A stretch of 64,000 bases of DNA from Octopus sinensis (lineage: Eukaryota). The notes below the pieces were generated by a model. That model did not search any database. It saw only the letters and a program-made list of their open reading frames with translations, and was not told the origin of the DNA. Positions within the stretch are counted from its first letter, which is position 1; each line of letters begins with the position of its first letter. The position numbers and the translations under genes were made by a program. The stretch covers positions 98,208,001-98,272,000 of the forward strand of contig NC_043004.1 of NCBI RefSeq assembly GCF_006345805.1. Direction: 5' to 3'. Shown here piece by piece: positions 13,936 through 27,925 of this stretch.

Positions 13936-14383
13936 TGCAAATAGGATTTTCGCACTTATTCCACATCAAAGGAGAATTTACTGACCACAATTATGATTAT
14001 AGAAATCCACTAATGCTAATAACATACTATCAGTTTCACAACTATCAAAACCACCGCAGTAACTCCATCACCTCTATGACCATGAAGCTACTACACCAAC
14101 ATCTACCTAACTGCCTCCACCACTACCACTACTTCTGTCATATTTCCTACCAAAATCAACACCACTAACCAACACCCTGTCTTCATCACTACCATACCAC
14201 CCTTACCGGAGCCATCGACACAACTAACACTTCTCATGTCATCGCTATCACTCCTATCAAAACAATTGTCCTTATTACTACACTTATTATCCTGTCACTA
14301 GTAATAGCGTGTAGTCCAACACCGCGTTAGCCCTGGTGTTATTTGATTCGCAAGACAAAGGATTCTTTAGACAGTATATTGAA

Positions 14384-14792
14384 CTCTCTTTACTCTTTTT
14401 ACTCTTTTACTTGTTTCAGTCATTTGACTGCGGCCATGCTGGAGCACCGCCTTTAGTCGAGCAAATCGACACCGGGACTTATTCTTTGTAAGCCCAGTAC
14501 TTATTCTATCGGTCTCTTTTGCCGAACCGCTAAGTGACGGGGACGTAAGCAAACCAGCATCGGTTGTCAAGTAATGCTAGGGGGACAACCACAGACACGC
14601 AAACATATACGCACATATATATATACATATATACGACAGGCTTCTTTCAGTTTCCGTCTACCAAATCCACTCACAAGGCATTGGTCGGCCCGAGGCTATA
14701 GTAGAAGACACTTGCCCAAGGTTCCACGCAGTGGGACTGAACCCGGAACCATGTGGTTGGTAAACAAGCTACTTACCACACATCCACTTCTG
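14384..14792 (-). mobile_element. SINE family B, full length, inverted relative to 13531 copy
   Basis: Reverse complement of the 13531-13935 copy with few substitutions. Confidence 0.92.
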
Positions 14793-14925
14793 TTAGAAAC
14801 AAACAACAAAATACACCCACCCCGCAAAACAGCACAAATGCAGCCATTTTTTTAAAGATTTAGACTTATACACACACATATACACATGTACCTTCATACT
14901 TATATAGAGACATAGATATGCACAT

Positions 14926-14957
<32 letters not shown>

Positions 14958-15159
14958 ACGTAGAAACACACACATATGCAATATAATGGATATGAATGGA
15001 TAGATCAATCACAAAGATTTAGTTTTTCAGTCATCTACTCATTAAATTTACAGAGACAAGTGGCTTAGTATTCAAAAGACCCCTCGCGTAAGCCCCAGGC
15101 AGAATGAACATTTCAATGTTTGTGACAAGTCATATTTTAAAATTACAGCGGCAATCCAT

Positions 15160-15300
15160 CAGACGGGCTTCTATACAGTTCCTCTCAAACCCAATTTCAC
15201 TCATAATTCATGGATCTAGTCAAGCTATAGAAAATAACATTTATGCAAGCGTTACATAGAGACCGAACCCTGGACCTAGTAGTTGAGATGTTCTTAACAC
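15160..15300 (-). mobile_element. Old degenerate SINE B-like head
   Basis: gacgggcttctatacagtttcc...aagctatagaaaataacattta...gaaccctggacc resembles the family B 5' half. Confidence 0.5.
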
Positions 15301-15339
15301 CACCCACACACACCCACACGCACAGAAGCACACATATAT

Positions 15340-15716
15340 GGAAGCACTCCGTCGGTTACGACGATGAGGGTTCCGGTTGATCTGAATCAACGGAACAGCC
15401 TGCTCGTGAAATTAACGTGTAAGTGGCTGAGCACTCCACAGACACGTGTACGTAGTTCTCGGGGATATTCAGCGTGACACAGAGAGTGACAAGGCCGGCC
15501 CCTTGAAATACAGGTACAACAGAAACAGGAAGTAAGAGTGAGAGAAAGTTGTGGTGAAAGAGTACAGCAGGGATCACCACCATCCCCTGCCGGAGCCTCG
15601 TGGAGCTTTAGGTGTTTTCGCTCAATAAACACACACAACGCCCGGTCTGGGAATCGAAACCGCGAATATCCGACCGCGAGTCCGCTGCCCTAACCACTGG
15701 GCCATTGCGCCTCCAC
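15340..15716 (-). mobile_element. SINE family A (tRNA-derived head), full length
   Basis: Minus strand gtggaggcgcaaTGGCCCAGTGGttagggcagcggactcgcggtc...GTTTCGATTCCcagacc (A and B boxes) to ...accgacggagtgcttcc; TSD-like cacacatatat on both sides. Confidence 0.92.
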
Positions 15717-17070
15717 ACACATATATACATGCCTCCGAAAAGGGGTTTGCCCATATTTTGAGCATTTTTGGATCAGAGATTTTCTCAGTCAGGGTTAGCC
15801 TGAGGCTCAACATCTAAAGAATGATAGTAATAACAACTGTTTCTGTCGCTCTTAGTAATAACGTATAAGCTGGTGAGAGAATAGAAAGAGAAATGATAAG
15901 AGACTAGGCTATGTCTGACTCATCGAAACTATCTAACTAATTAAATGATGGTGCTATTGTATTCTTTATTCTTATTTCTTCATTCTTTTACTGTTTTTAG
16001 TCATTGGTTTGGGACCATACTGGGTCATTGTTTTTAAAACCGATAGCATCTACTTTTTAAAAGTTTAACTTTATTTTGTTCTGTGCCAAAAAGTTAAGAT
16101 AGAAGACAAAATTTCCCTGACTACAAAAGTGTATGTAGATATGCTTGCAGATAAACATTTGTTATATATATTCAGGCAGATAAACATGAACTTTATGTGT
16201 GTGTTTTTGTGTGTATGTATGGGGGGAGGGTGTATGTGTGTATAAACGTGCGTGTTATTAACAGATATATGTGTACGAGCATACAAAAAATTAGACGCAC
16301 ACATCTATGCATGTATAAAGAATGTTTGGTTGCACATAAGTTTTTATACATTAGTACATACACGCATGTATATACATACACTTAAAAATAAATATATATA
16401 TATACATGCATACACATCTATATATATACATAGACATATATACATACATATATATATATACGTATATATATATACATATATGTATACAAATATATATATG
16501 CACACAAGCATACTTTCGTACATACATTCATGCATACGTCTATATATACAAAAGTATGTGTGTATATACAGACAAGCATAAACACATGTGCAAGCACAAT
16601 AGACTCAACTAACCACCGACGCCTACACTCATATACGTACACGTTTATATATATATATATATATATAGACTGGTGAATTCATATGTATGTTGATTATGTG
16701 CTTATGTGTACGTTTGTGTATATGTAACAAACAGACAAAGAATTAAAAAAACACAATACGTAAGATAAGTGTACTCCAATAAGACGGTTTGCCCTGAAAA
16801 CTAAAGAGTCGATTGAAAAAGCAGCAAGCACGATAAGTAGGGACGGGAAGAGAGGGAAGAAAAAATGTGGAAAGCTAATTCGATGTTATATAAGTTATCA
16901 GACAGAGAAAACATTAGCGGCCACTAACGAAGTAATTAACAATGTGATTAACAGTGCAGAAAACTAATCAAGAATAGTTGCCTTTATGCACAACTTATAA
17001 CGAGATGATAATGCTTCGTAAACATTAAATGGACGAGAGTTGAGGAAGAAATAGGACGTGGTGTAATGAT

Positions 17071-17074
<4 letters not shown>

Positions 17075-17159
<85 letters not shown>

Positions 17160-17193
17160 TATAATAATAATATAATAATAATAATAATAATAA

Positions 17194-17231
<38 letters not shown>

Positions 17232-17255
17232 TGATGATAATAATAATAATAATAA
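17075..17255. repeat. (TAA)n microsatellite
   Basis: Direct reading. Confidence 0.95.
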
Positions 17256-18210
17256 AACAATAGCAATGAGAACAAAAGAGAACAATTAAAATAAAAAAGA
17301 AAAGGTTTGAATAAGAATGAGAAAAAGAGTGAAAGAATAAGGATTGAAAAATAAGAGAGAAGAAAAGCACCATCAACATTAAGAAGACGAACATGACGAG
17401 CAGTAAGAGCAAATACAACAGCAATGTAAATAACGGAAAGAAGATGACGAAGAAGAAATAATCAATACCTAAGTAACACAAAGAAAAGAAGAAGAAAGAC
17501 TGTAATAAAAATGTTAGTTAAATAATCACAGCTATAAATGCATTTGGGTTGTTTTAGATGCTTGCAAAGAATAGGATCTGAATATAAAACGTAAAATATA
17601 AGAAGAGTTGGAGGCTGGGTGGATAGCGGGGCGATAATTGTTTCAAAAGAGTCTTTGAGTAAACGTCATTGTCTTTATAATTATTGTTCTTGTTTGCTGT
17701 TGTTTTTGTTGTTTGTTGTTGTTAGCTGTTGTTGCTAGTGGAAATAGTGGCCTAGGTGGGGGTTTTGTTGGTGTTGGAAGAGGAAAAACAAAAAAATAAT
17801 TAAATAATAAGATAAAAATAATACTCCCCGCCATTCTTATCTACGGATAGCATAGAAGTTTTTACTGTGTGCTGCTCTTGAACCAGATGAAAGGAAACGA
17901 AAACCGTCTCAGAGATAAAAGTTTCTGGATGACATGTAATAATAGATAGACATGTACGTTATCTCGCATTCGAACATGGAGAAGACGTAAGTTTAGTACA
18001 GGAGGCGAAAAGAAGTTTCATGAGAGCTGAAGACATGTTCGATTCGACACAAGGGCATAATGTTCATGTTTATTACTTCTAGGAGTGATAACAGAAGATA
18101 CCACTGTGAATGAGTGTGCCGTCTTCCTATCCTATAACTATGCTACAAACATTTATAACTATCATTATTATAATTATTATTATCAATATCGTTATTATTA
18201 TTATTATTAT

Positions 18211-18887
<677 letters not shown>

Positions 18888-18918
18888 CTACTACTACTAC
18901 TATTATTATTATCATTAT

Positions 18919-19455
18919 TGAGTGAGAGAGCAGTGCATGCCATCAAAGTGACACTCGAGTAAAATATACGAAGCCCAGTATAACAATCATGACTACCTGT
19001 CTGATAAAGGTACACCAGGCACTTGCATCACAACCATATGTGCACGACATGGTGATCTCATATCAAAATAAACAGCACATGACCTTGCAAGTGGGACCCA
19101 GTTAGAATTTTCTTCTAGTCGAGTAACCCATCCCGCTCAAAAGGTCTCTGAATATGGGTTGTTTAAGGATGTTGAACGAAACACCCATGTTTCCAGAATT
19201 GAATTATTCAAACTCAAATAATCACTCTCATCCCATGCCTATCATGCTCCCCCACTACTTCCGCATGTGATCAGAGATGCACATATCGTCAGTCAGTAAG
19301 GGACATGCTCAACTGGTTAAGATCAAGCAACTGATAAGCAAATCTGTGGCATTGAGCAGAATATTTGCTGTAGCTCTTTATACCAAGACTAAAAAATGTA
19401 CATGATAACACTTCCAATCAGATAAGAGCCACTGCCTGGTACTGTATCAGGGCTT
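18919..19455 (-). mobile_element. ~540-bp (ATT)n-embedded element, copy 2
   Basis: Same start (tgagtgagagagcagtgcatgccatcaaagtgacac), many substitutions and small deletions vs copy 1; extends to gtactgtatcagggcttta. Confidence 0.8.
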
Positions 19456-19488
19456 TATTATTATTATTATTATTTTTTATATTATTAC

Positions 19489-19545
<57 letters not shown>

Positions 19546-19591
19546 CATCATCATCATCATCATCATCATTATTATTACTACTACTACTACT

Positions 19592-19626
<35 letters not shown>

Positions 19627-19628
19627 TA

Positions 19629-19687
<59 letters not shown>

Positions 19688-19702
19688 ATTATTATTATTA
19701 TT
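19456..19702. repeat. Compound (ATT/ATC/ACT)n microsatellite
   Basis: Direct reading. Confidence 0.95.
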
Positions 19703-20626
19703 CAGCAGCCTAGTGATTAGAGTATCTGATAAAACTTTCCAGTGTTTCACGTCAGTTGTTCAAATCTTGACTGTTCAAATTGAAAATTGATCACTTCAAG
19801 ATCAGTTAAAGTTCTAGTCAGAAACTGGAAGACGATTTAATCATGTAATTACTCTGATTGCCCTTAGCCTGCTGACATTAATATCTGCATTTGCATAGTA
19901 CTCTCTTATATTTAGATCATATTCATCCATCGGAGTGACGAGCACCCTCTAGTCATCCAAAGTAACGAAAGACCTACGCGGTGTCTATTTTTACAGTGAA
20001 GAAGAAAGGGTTGTACACCATCAACTTCACGTTGTCATCCGTGATCATCATCAACCCAGTAGTAAGATCTGATCAAGACGGCTTCTGGTGGAGCTGGATA
20101 CAAGGGACGAACGTGGTGATTTATTTGCTCATCTTGCTCTTCAAACTGCGTTGTGTCAGCCGCCTTACTCTACATTGAACCAAGAAGATTTCTTCCGCAG
20201 TGTTCACTAAATCCAATCATCACATGCATACGTAGGCAAGCCTTAATATGCTTATTCACACATGCCGGGACCTTGACAGATATTTCTACTCCGGATCAGA
20301 GTATGCCTGGGAACAATAGAGTCTAAAGATGGTTTTACAACTCTTTTCCTCAAAACACTGGGTCCCTCAAAATAGGGCCCACCACCACTACTGGATGCAT
20401 TTTATACATACATACATATAAACATATACGTACATCAGATACACACAGAAACATACATACAAACTCACACACAGACACGCTCATATATACGAACGCGCAA
20501 GCACATTTAAAAGTATAAATCGACTAACCACTCGAATTGAGAGTTTTACAGACTCTGAGTTTCATCATACTGCCCTGGAATTGTCAGTGGCTTGTATTAT
20601 TATCATCATTATTATTATCATTATTA

Positions 20627-20694
<68 letters not shown>

Positions 20695-21231
20695 TTAACA
20701 TTTCGTAACATACAATACTATCCAGATGCGAAGAAAATTGAGAAACATGATATAATTGTTTCTGTTTCATAACACGGTTTTAGATCAAAACATTTACTAA
20801 AGAAGCGCATTATCGAAATTATGTATGTATGTATGTATGTATGTATGTATTCATCTATACATATGTATATCTACATGTATGTAATGTGTGTGTGGCTCGC
20901 GCTGTTTGTATTTTCACCCTGTCTTCTGGTTTGAAAATGAGACATAATTTCAATCTCTCCTAATGCAGGATATTTCATTTAAATGTTCTTCCAGGAGTGG
21001 GTAATAGGCTAGTATGTTTCGGACAACTAAATTTACACCATGCTTCCTGACACAAAGATGTCCGACTTTTTTTCCTCTCCGGGGAAGTCAGCAACACATT
21101 TCCGATGCCGTCGGATACTCGGAGTAGCTATTGCGTAGAAATTACAATTTGTATGATTGAATAAGCTTGATTATGCAAAATGATTAACTCTTCATCATTT
21201 TATACTTCCAAATATGTGTTTCAATGTTTAA

Positions 21232-21339
<108 letters not shown>

Positions 21340-23184
21340 CAAAGGTACTAATATGGTTAGTCTTATATACAATAAAACGATCATAACTATATTATATGCT
21401 ATTCAAATATACATCTCTATATTGTCACTGGAATCGGAAAATAAATATAAATGTCCAACAAACTGTAAAGGAAGAATATAAACACAATAAACACACACAC
21501 ATCCTTTCAAATATCGAGACAGTTCTAAACAGTCTAAGTCGATTAAATCTTTCAAATTTCTCAGAGATTCTCTAAGTATAATTGCATTTCAGGTCTGGTA
21601 ATCGTTTGATTCCATCAACGTTTGGAAAACAGGAATTTGGTTAGAAGAATTTTCTAGTATTATTCTTTATTTGTTATAAGTTGGATTCTATATTTTTATA
21701 TTTTTATTTCTAGTGCGTTAATTTTTTTTTGGTTTTTTTGTTTTCCTCGAAGCCCTCAGTTTTGCTTTAATGGTTGTTTTTAAATAATAATTGATTAATT
21801 TTAGAAATAACGAAGTTGAGATTAAAAGAAAACTAAAAGTAAATAAATCCAAAACATTACATTTTGAAGAATAGTGACAACGCTTGCATGATTTTTGTTC
21901 CATTTCGGTTTTCCTTGTTGATTCTTTCTTTGAAAGTCAAAAGCGGTCTTTGTCCTAATAGGATTGTGAAGGTAATAATAAAAGGAAAACAGAATTTCAT
22001 GCTATTTTCGTGACTGGTGTCCCAGTTTGTAGGGGTATGTTTTTAGCACTTATAGAAACATATAAATACACACACGCACACACATACACACACACATGCA
22101 CACACACACACACACACACACACACTACGCGTGTATATATGAGTGAATGGCGTGCGTATATATGTGTGTGCACGGGAAACAAAAATGAACTGAAACGAAA
22201 CAACTCCAAGTAGCAATAAACATGTATTTAAGCGACGAGATGATCGACCCTAGACTTAAAAACCATACAAATTAAATTAGTGATTTAATAAAACTATTTT
22301 TACTTTCAGGTGTTGCAGAACAATTGTATTGTGGAAATCGAGATAAATTCTTAGCGAGAAGTAACGCAAAATTCAGTAATTCTTAAAAAAGTTGTATAAC
22401 ATTAAAGAAAAAACAAGTTCATTGTCTGGAGACTAGATGACAGGTGTTGACATATGTTTCTGTCTCCACAGTGCAGCAGTTTTCCTATCTTTTATCAAGC
22501 AGATGGGACGCTTAGACATATACAAGAAAAAGTAGAGCAGATATTCTTACTAGATTATTTACATAAACAAAATGATATTATTCTAAATGAACTAAATCAA
22601 CTCTTATCTGAACTTGTTCGTAACTGCTAATAAGCAATTTGTTTACTACTCACGGATGGGAAGATAATTTCAGGAGATCAATAAAGTATTATGTTGTATG
22701 GTATTTAATATATCCTCTTTTATCTTTCTTGTGCAAATACATGCGACTGGCCACTCTTGAGAATTTGTATCAGTACAATACTAACATTTTTAATCATTTT
22801 CACGCTTAAGATTCTAAGCATGAAATGACAGAAACTTTTCTAGTGAAGGTGTTCTCAGACACACTGCTGCTTCCTGTTCATTTGCTAAGATAAAGGAAAT
22901 TCGGCTATGTTGAACTAGATATACGCAGTGATAGGGAAAAAGCCAACCTGTATCCTACGATGATTATATTCTCCAAGGAAACCTCTTTCTTATAAATATA
23001 GCTAGACACTAACAAAACATCCTCTCAGTCTGAAGGAACATAAGATGGAATCATCAGTCTCTGTAATACACAGATCTTTAATTCAATGTATATTTACATA
23101 TTATACATATAGATAAGTAAACACACACACATATGTATATACAAATGCATACATCTACCGCATACACAGATACATAGTACATAC

Positions 23185-23331
<147 letters not shown>

Positions 23332-24058
23332 TACATATATATATATATATATATATTTATATTTATTATTCGTTAACAAGATTATTGACAATGACTTTGA
23401 AGTTTCGGTCAACTAACTGATCGGATAAGTTGTTAAATTCTGCGTCAGTTCCGATTTCGATATAGAAACATTGCTCTCCTAAATAAGTTGTAGGACTACG
23501 TCTAGTTTGCATATTCCACTTTTAGCATAGTTATATAGATGAACTGACACATTTTAGGGCGCACTGGGAGCAATTTAACGTGCCATCATCAGAGAATTGG
23601 CTATCCTGTTCTTGGACACAGTATAGGATCCTGCTGCACCCATACATTAACTTTTTCTTATCACATTCACTGAGTAAGCATGATGATGTATGAATATTCC
23701 TGTTTCTTAGAAATCTGAATTTTGCAGATATAAGAAGAGATATATTCAGTTAGCTATCCTGACTGTTCAAAATATCTGTAGTAGATTAGAATTATTGATG
23801 TACAAGCCCAGTATACTGTATTATACTGTATTATATTCACGTGTCCATAATTTATCCATGCTTCCATAATCTATCCACACTTGAATGCATAGTTTACCGT
23901 CTCTCAGCAAATGTACATTAATTGTGGGTTGTAAAATAAAATGGTAATATTGTTGAGTATAAAAGTACATAGGAAAGAAATACTATTTATCGAGAGACAA
24001 TATTGAGTAAATGTATGGCGAAATAATATTTGTATGTATGTATGTTCATGCTTATGCA

Positions 24059-24124
<66 letters not shown>

Positions 24125-24852
24125 AGTGTCTGTGTGTGTGTGTGTCTAAGTGTTTGTATGCATCTATATATAAATATACATGAAAGATATAACTTATGAT
24201 TGAATACACATATACACACACATTAATAAAAATGCATTTATGAACGACTATTTGTATAGCTACACGCACGCGAATATATGAATGTGTATGTGTGCGTGTC
24301 TGTGTTTAAATGAGTGTGCCCGCACATATACATATACACAGCCGGCATTAAACAATTTTTTTTACAATTTATACAGACACATGTGTATACATGTTCCTCT
24401 GTGTGTAACTCTATTATCGGATTTACACCTTGTGTTATTTTGACAGAGCTCATTATCATGCAACTCAGATATATTCTAGCTAAAACATTGCTGCAACAAT
24501 ATTCACAGAATAAATATTTGCTCTTCAAATTTTTTCCTTATTCAATTTTTACTTCTTTAGTGTTGATCCCCCTCCACTATTCCCATCTTGTATCTTTCCT
24601 TCTTTCCTTCGCCTTTAATAAGTTCTCTAGTAATTGCATGTTTTCACTTACGGTTTGAACTATTGCTTATGACAGACCTTAACATTTGCCCTTTCAAATC
24701 CCCATCTATTTTCACTTTCTGCTTAATATTTACTCATTTCTATTTGTTAACTTGTAGTTGTTATTTACTTTCACTTCTGAGGATGTCATCTCCTGCAGGA
24801 TGGCTATTTATTTTATTTTCTGGTAGTTATTTGAATATTTTTTTTGTCAAGT

Positions 24853-25212
<360 letters not shown>

Positions 25213-26117
25213 GTTGATCTTTATCGTTTCCTTGTTTTTAAACCTCCAGGGGTTATGGTAGAAAATATTGGTGCCCTTTCATTTTAGTTACCAAAATATT
25301 TTTTTATGCTCAGAACTGCTATGCAATAGTGAAGTAGGGAAAAACTCAGACATCAACACAAACTTGTCAAATACACACATGTATGCATACGCACAAATAT
25401 ACATATACAAAATTACACAGACTTTTAGATGAATATCTTTGCAAAAGCATAAATCCATGCATATATCAATATATGTTCATTACATGTGTAAACATGTATT
25501 TTCACATACATAAGTGAGTGCATACATATATGCATACACACATACATATATATACATACACACATACATGCAGAAGTATAGTCTTAATGTACTTGTCAAG
25601 CACAACACTCTAAGTATTCACACAGATACACACACACACATTATTACATACAATTCGACGCACATACGGTCAGCGTGAATCACATTTTACCAGCATGTAC
25701 TGCATTCTGGGACGTGATTTTCTAACACTTGTATGTAACATAAGCATTTTAATGTCTGCTTATATAAACGCATATATATGCGTACGATATATATACATTC
25801 TTTGAATGATTGAATCTCTATGAGATCGCTCGATAATGCAAGAAAGGCAACCATCCTCCTTTATATTAAATGTATGTGTGTGTTCTTATACGTTTGATGC
25901 CGGCCTTTTGGTCCATTCCCACACCAAAGTATCATAAGGAATTGTGCTCTACAACAACCCTGGACTGATTAGTGATTTGTGAGTGGGTTTCATGGATGGA
26001 AACTGAAAGAAGCCTCTTATATATACCTGTAGGCGTACATTTGCGTGCGTGTGTAAACTGTGTAAATATATATATGTATATGCAAACGAAAATATATACG
26101 CACATATATGTGTAAAG

Positions 26118-26187
<70 letters not shown>

Positions 26188-26435
26188 TTGAATGCGTATA
26201 TGTGTATTGACATAGACGTCAGAGAGTGATATAGCGTGTATATGTGTGCTTATGACTGCGTCATCTTCATGTATGTGGTCTTCGTGTATGTCTTCATGTT
26301 TGGAAACGGGTGGGTTAGTGAGATGATGGTGATACAGTAGTAGAACATGTCTCTAAGCCAATACTGACCGATTTATGTAAGCATGGAAAAGTGAACATAA
26401 AAAACATTGATGATTATGATATATTGATACGCCTT

Positions 26436-26519
<84 letters not shown>

Positions 26520-26571
26520 GTGAAAAGACAAGTCAAAAATAGAAAATGCTAAGATAATTTTATAGTGAATC

Positions 26572-26615
26572 TTTCAGTACCGGTTTCGGTCATTTTGAGA
26601 CCTTTTCAACTGTAA
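26572..26615 (-). ncRNA. Type I hammerhead motif with U3-A8 variant core
   Basis: Minus strand: ttacag TTGAAAA ggtc-tcaaaat-gacc GAAA ccgg TA ctgaaa; stem I 5 of 6 paired, stem II ggtc/gacc, palindromic stem III accggt, GUA triplet. Confidence 0.7.
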
Positions 26616-26753
26616 CGATTAAATAATTAAATTTAGAAAAATTAGAAGAAAAGTTTTTTTAAAGGAATATTTCTATAGTAGTGTTCAGATATAAGTGGCA
26701 TTCTGCCTTTCTCTGACTCCTTTGTTTGCACTTGTCATACATATATATGTATA

Positions 26754-26978
26754 TATTTCTTTACTACCCACAAGGGGCTAAACACAGAGGGGACAAACAA
26801 GGACAGACAAACGGATTAAGTCGATTACATCGACCCCCAGTGCGTAACTGGTACTTAATTTAACGACCCCGAAAGGATGAAAGGTAAAGTCAACCTCGGC
26901 GGAATTTGAACTCGGAACGTAACGTCAGACGAAATAGGGCTACGCATTTCGCCCGGCGTGCTAACGTTTCTGCCAGCT
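26754..26978 (-). mobile_element. SINE family C, long-tail form
   Basis: Minus strand agctggcagaaacgttagcacg...GAGTTCAAATTCC (B box)...ctttcatcctttcggggtcg...ttgtgggtagtaaagaaata. Confidence 0.9.
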
Positions 26979-27008
26979 ATATGTATATATATATATATAT
27001 ATACATAT

Positions 27009-27308
27009 GTCACCGTGATCACCGTGACCGACCAGGCTATCAGATGTTGCTACACATCGCTGGTCACTATGTGCTTCGCATTGCTTCAGCCTTCAAATGA
27101 CGTAACCCCGCTGGCTAAGTGAGCAGGCCAACAGAAGAAAGAATGAAAGTTGTGGCGATAGAGTACAGCTAGGATCGCCACTACCCCTGGCGGAGCCTCA
27201 TGGAGCTTTAGGTGCTTTCGCTCAATAAACACTTACAACGCCGGGTCTGGGAATCGAACCGCAATCCTACGACCGCAAGCCGCTGCCCTAACCACTGAGC
27301 CATTGCGC

Positions 27309-27311
<3 letters not shown>
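27009..27311 (-). mobile_element. SINE with family A head/core but a different 3' tail
   Basis: 27130-27311 is family A head and core; 27009-27130 (gtcaccgtgatcaccgtgaccgaccaggctatcagatg...) is unrelated to the standard A tail. Confidence 0.8.
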
Positions 27312-27341
<30 letters not shown>

Positions 27342-27879
27342 GTCATACATACATGCTTTTATACATAATTGCATGTATGTATGCGTAAATGCATTTATGA
27401 ATTTTGTATTCTGTTTGCATTTCACATACACATGCACACACATATCCACACGTATATTTGAAGAGCAAGCTTGTTGTTGTGGTCTCTGGTGTATAATGTG
27501 TATACTTATCAATAGTTAGTCTTGTGTATATTTTTGACTGCGTCATGTGTTTTATAGATAAATATTATATCATTAATTATTTAATTAACTTCTTTAACAC
27601 AATACACATATATACTAATTCTTTAAGACAAAAATCTAATTAATATTTCTATTATACAGTATTAAATTACTCCATTTATAATAAATATTTCTTTATAGGA
27701 TTCTGGTGTATGACCTCAATATTCAATGCAAATATTCATATACGAATTCATCTACGCTCACATACACACACTTTCACACGCCTTCTATCGCGTTCACACA
27801 CGTAGATGCATACGGGAAAATTATGCATATATATATATATACAAATGTATATATGTATGTATGCATATATTTATACTTG

Positions 27880-27925
<46 letters not shown>

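Noticed and set aside
19985-20070. Possible exon (tttttacag|...|gtaaga) reading EEERVVHHQLHVVIRDHHQPS
   Set aside because: Splice-like signals arise often by chance; no recognisable protein or partner exons.
22297-22385. Strong-looking acceptor tttttactttcag|gtgttg
   Set aside because: All frames close quickly and there is no good donor; cannot support an exon without RNA data.
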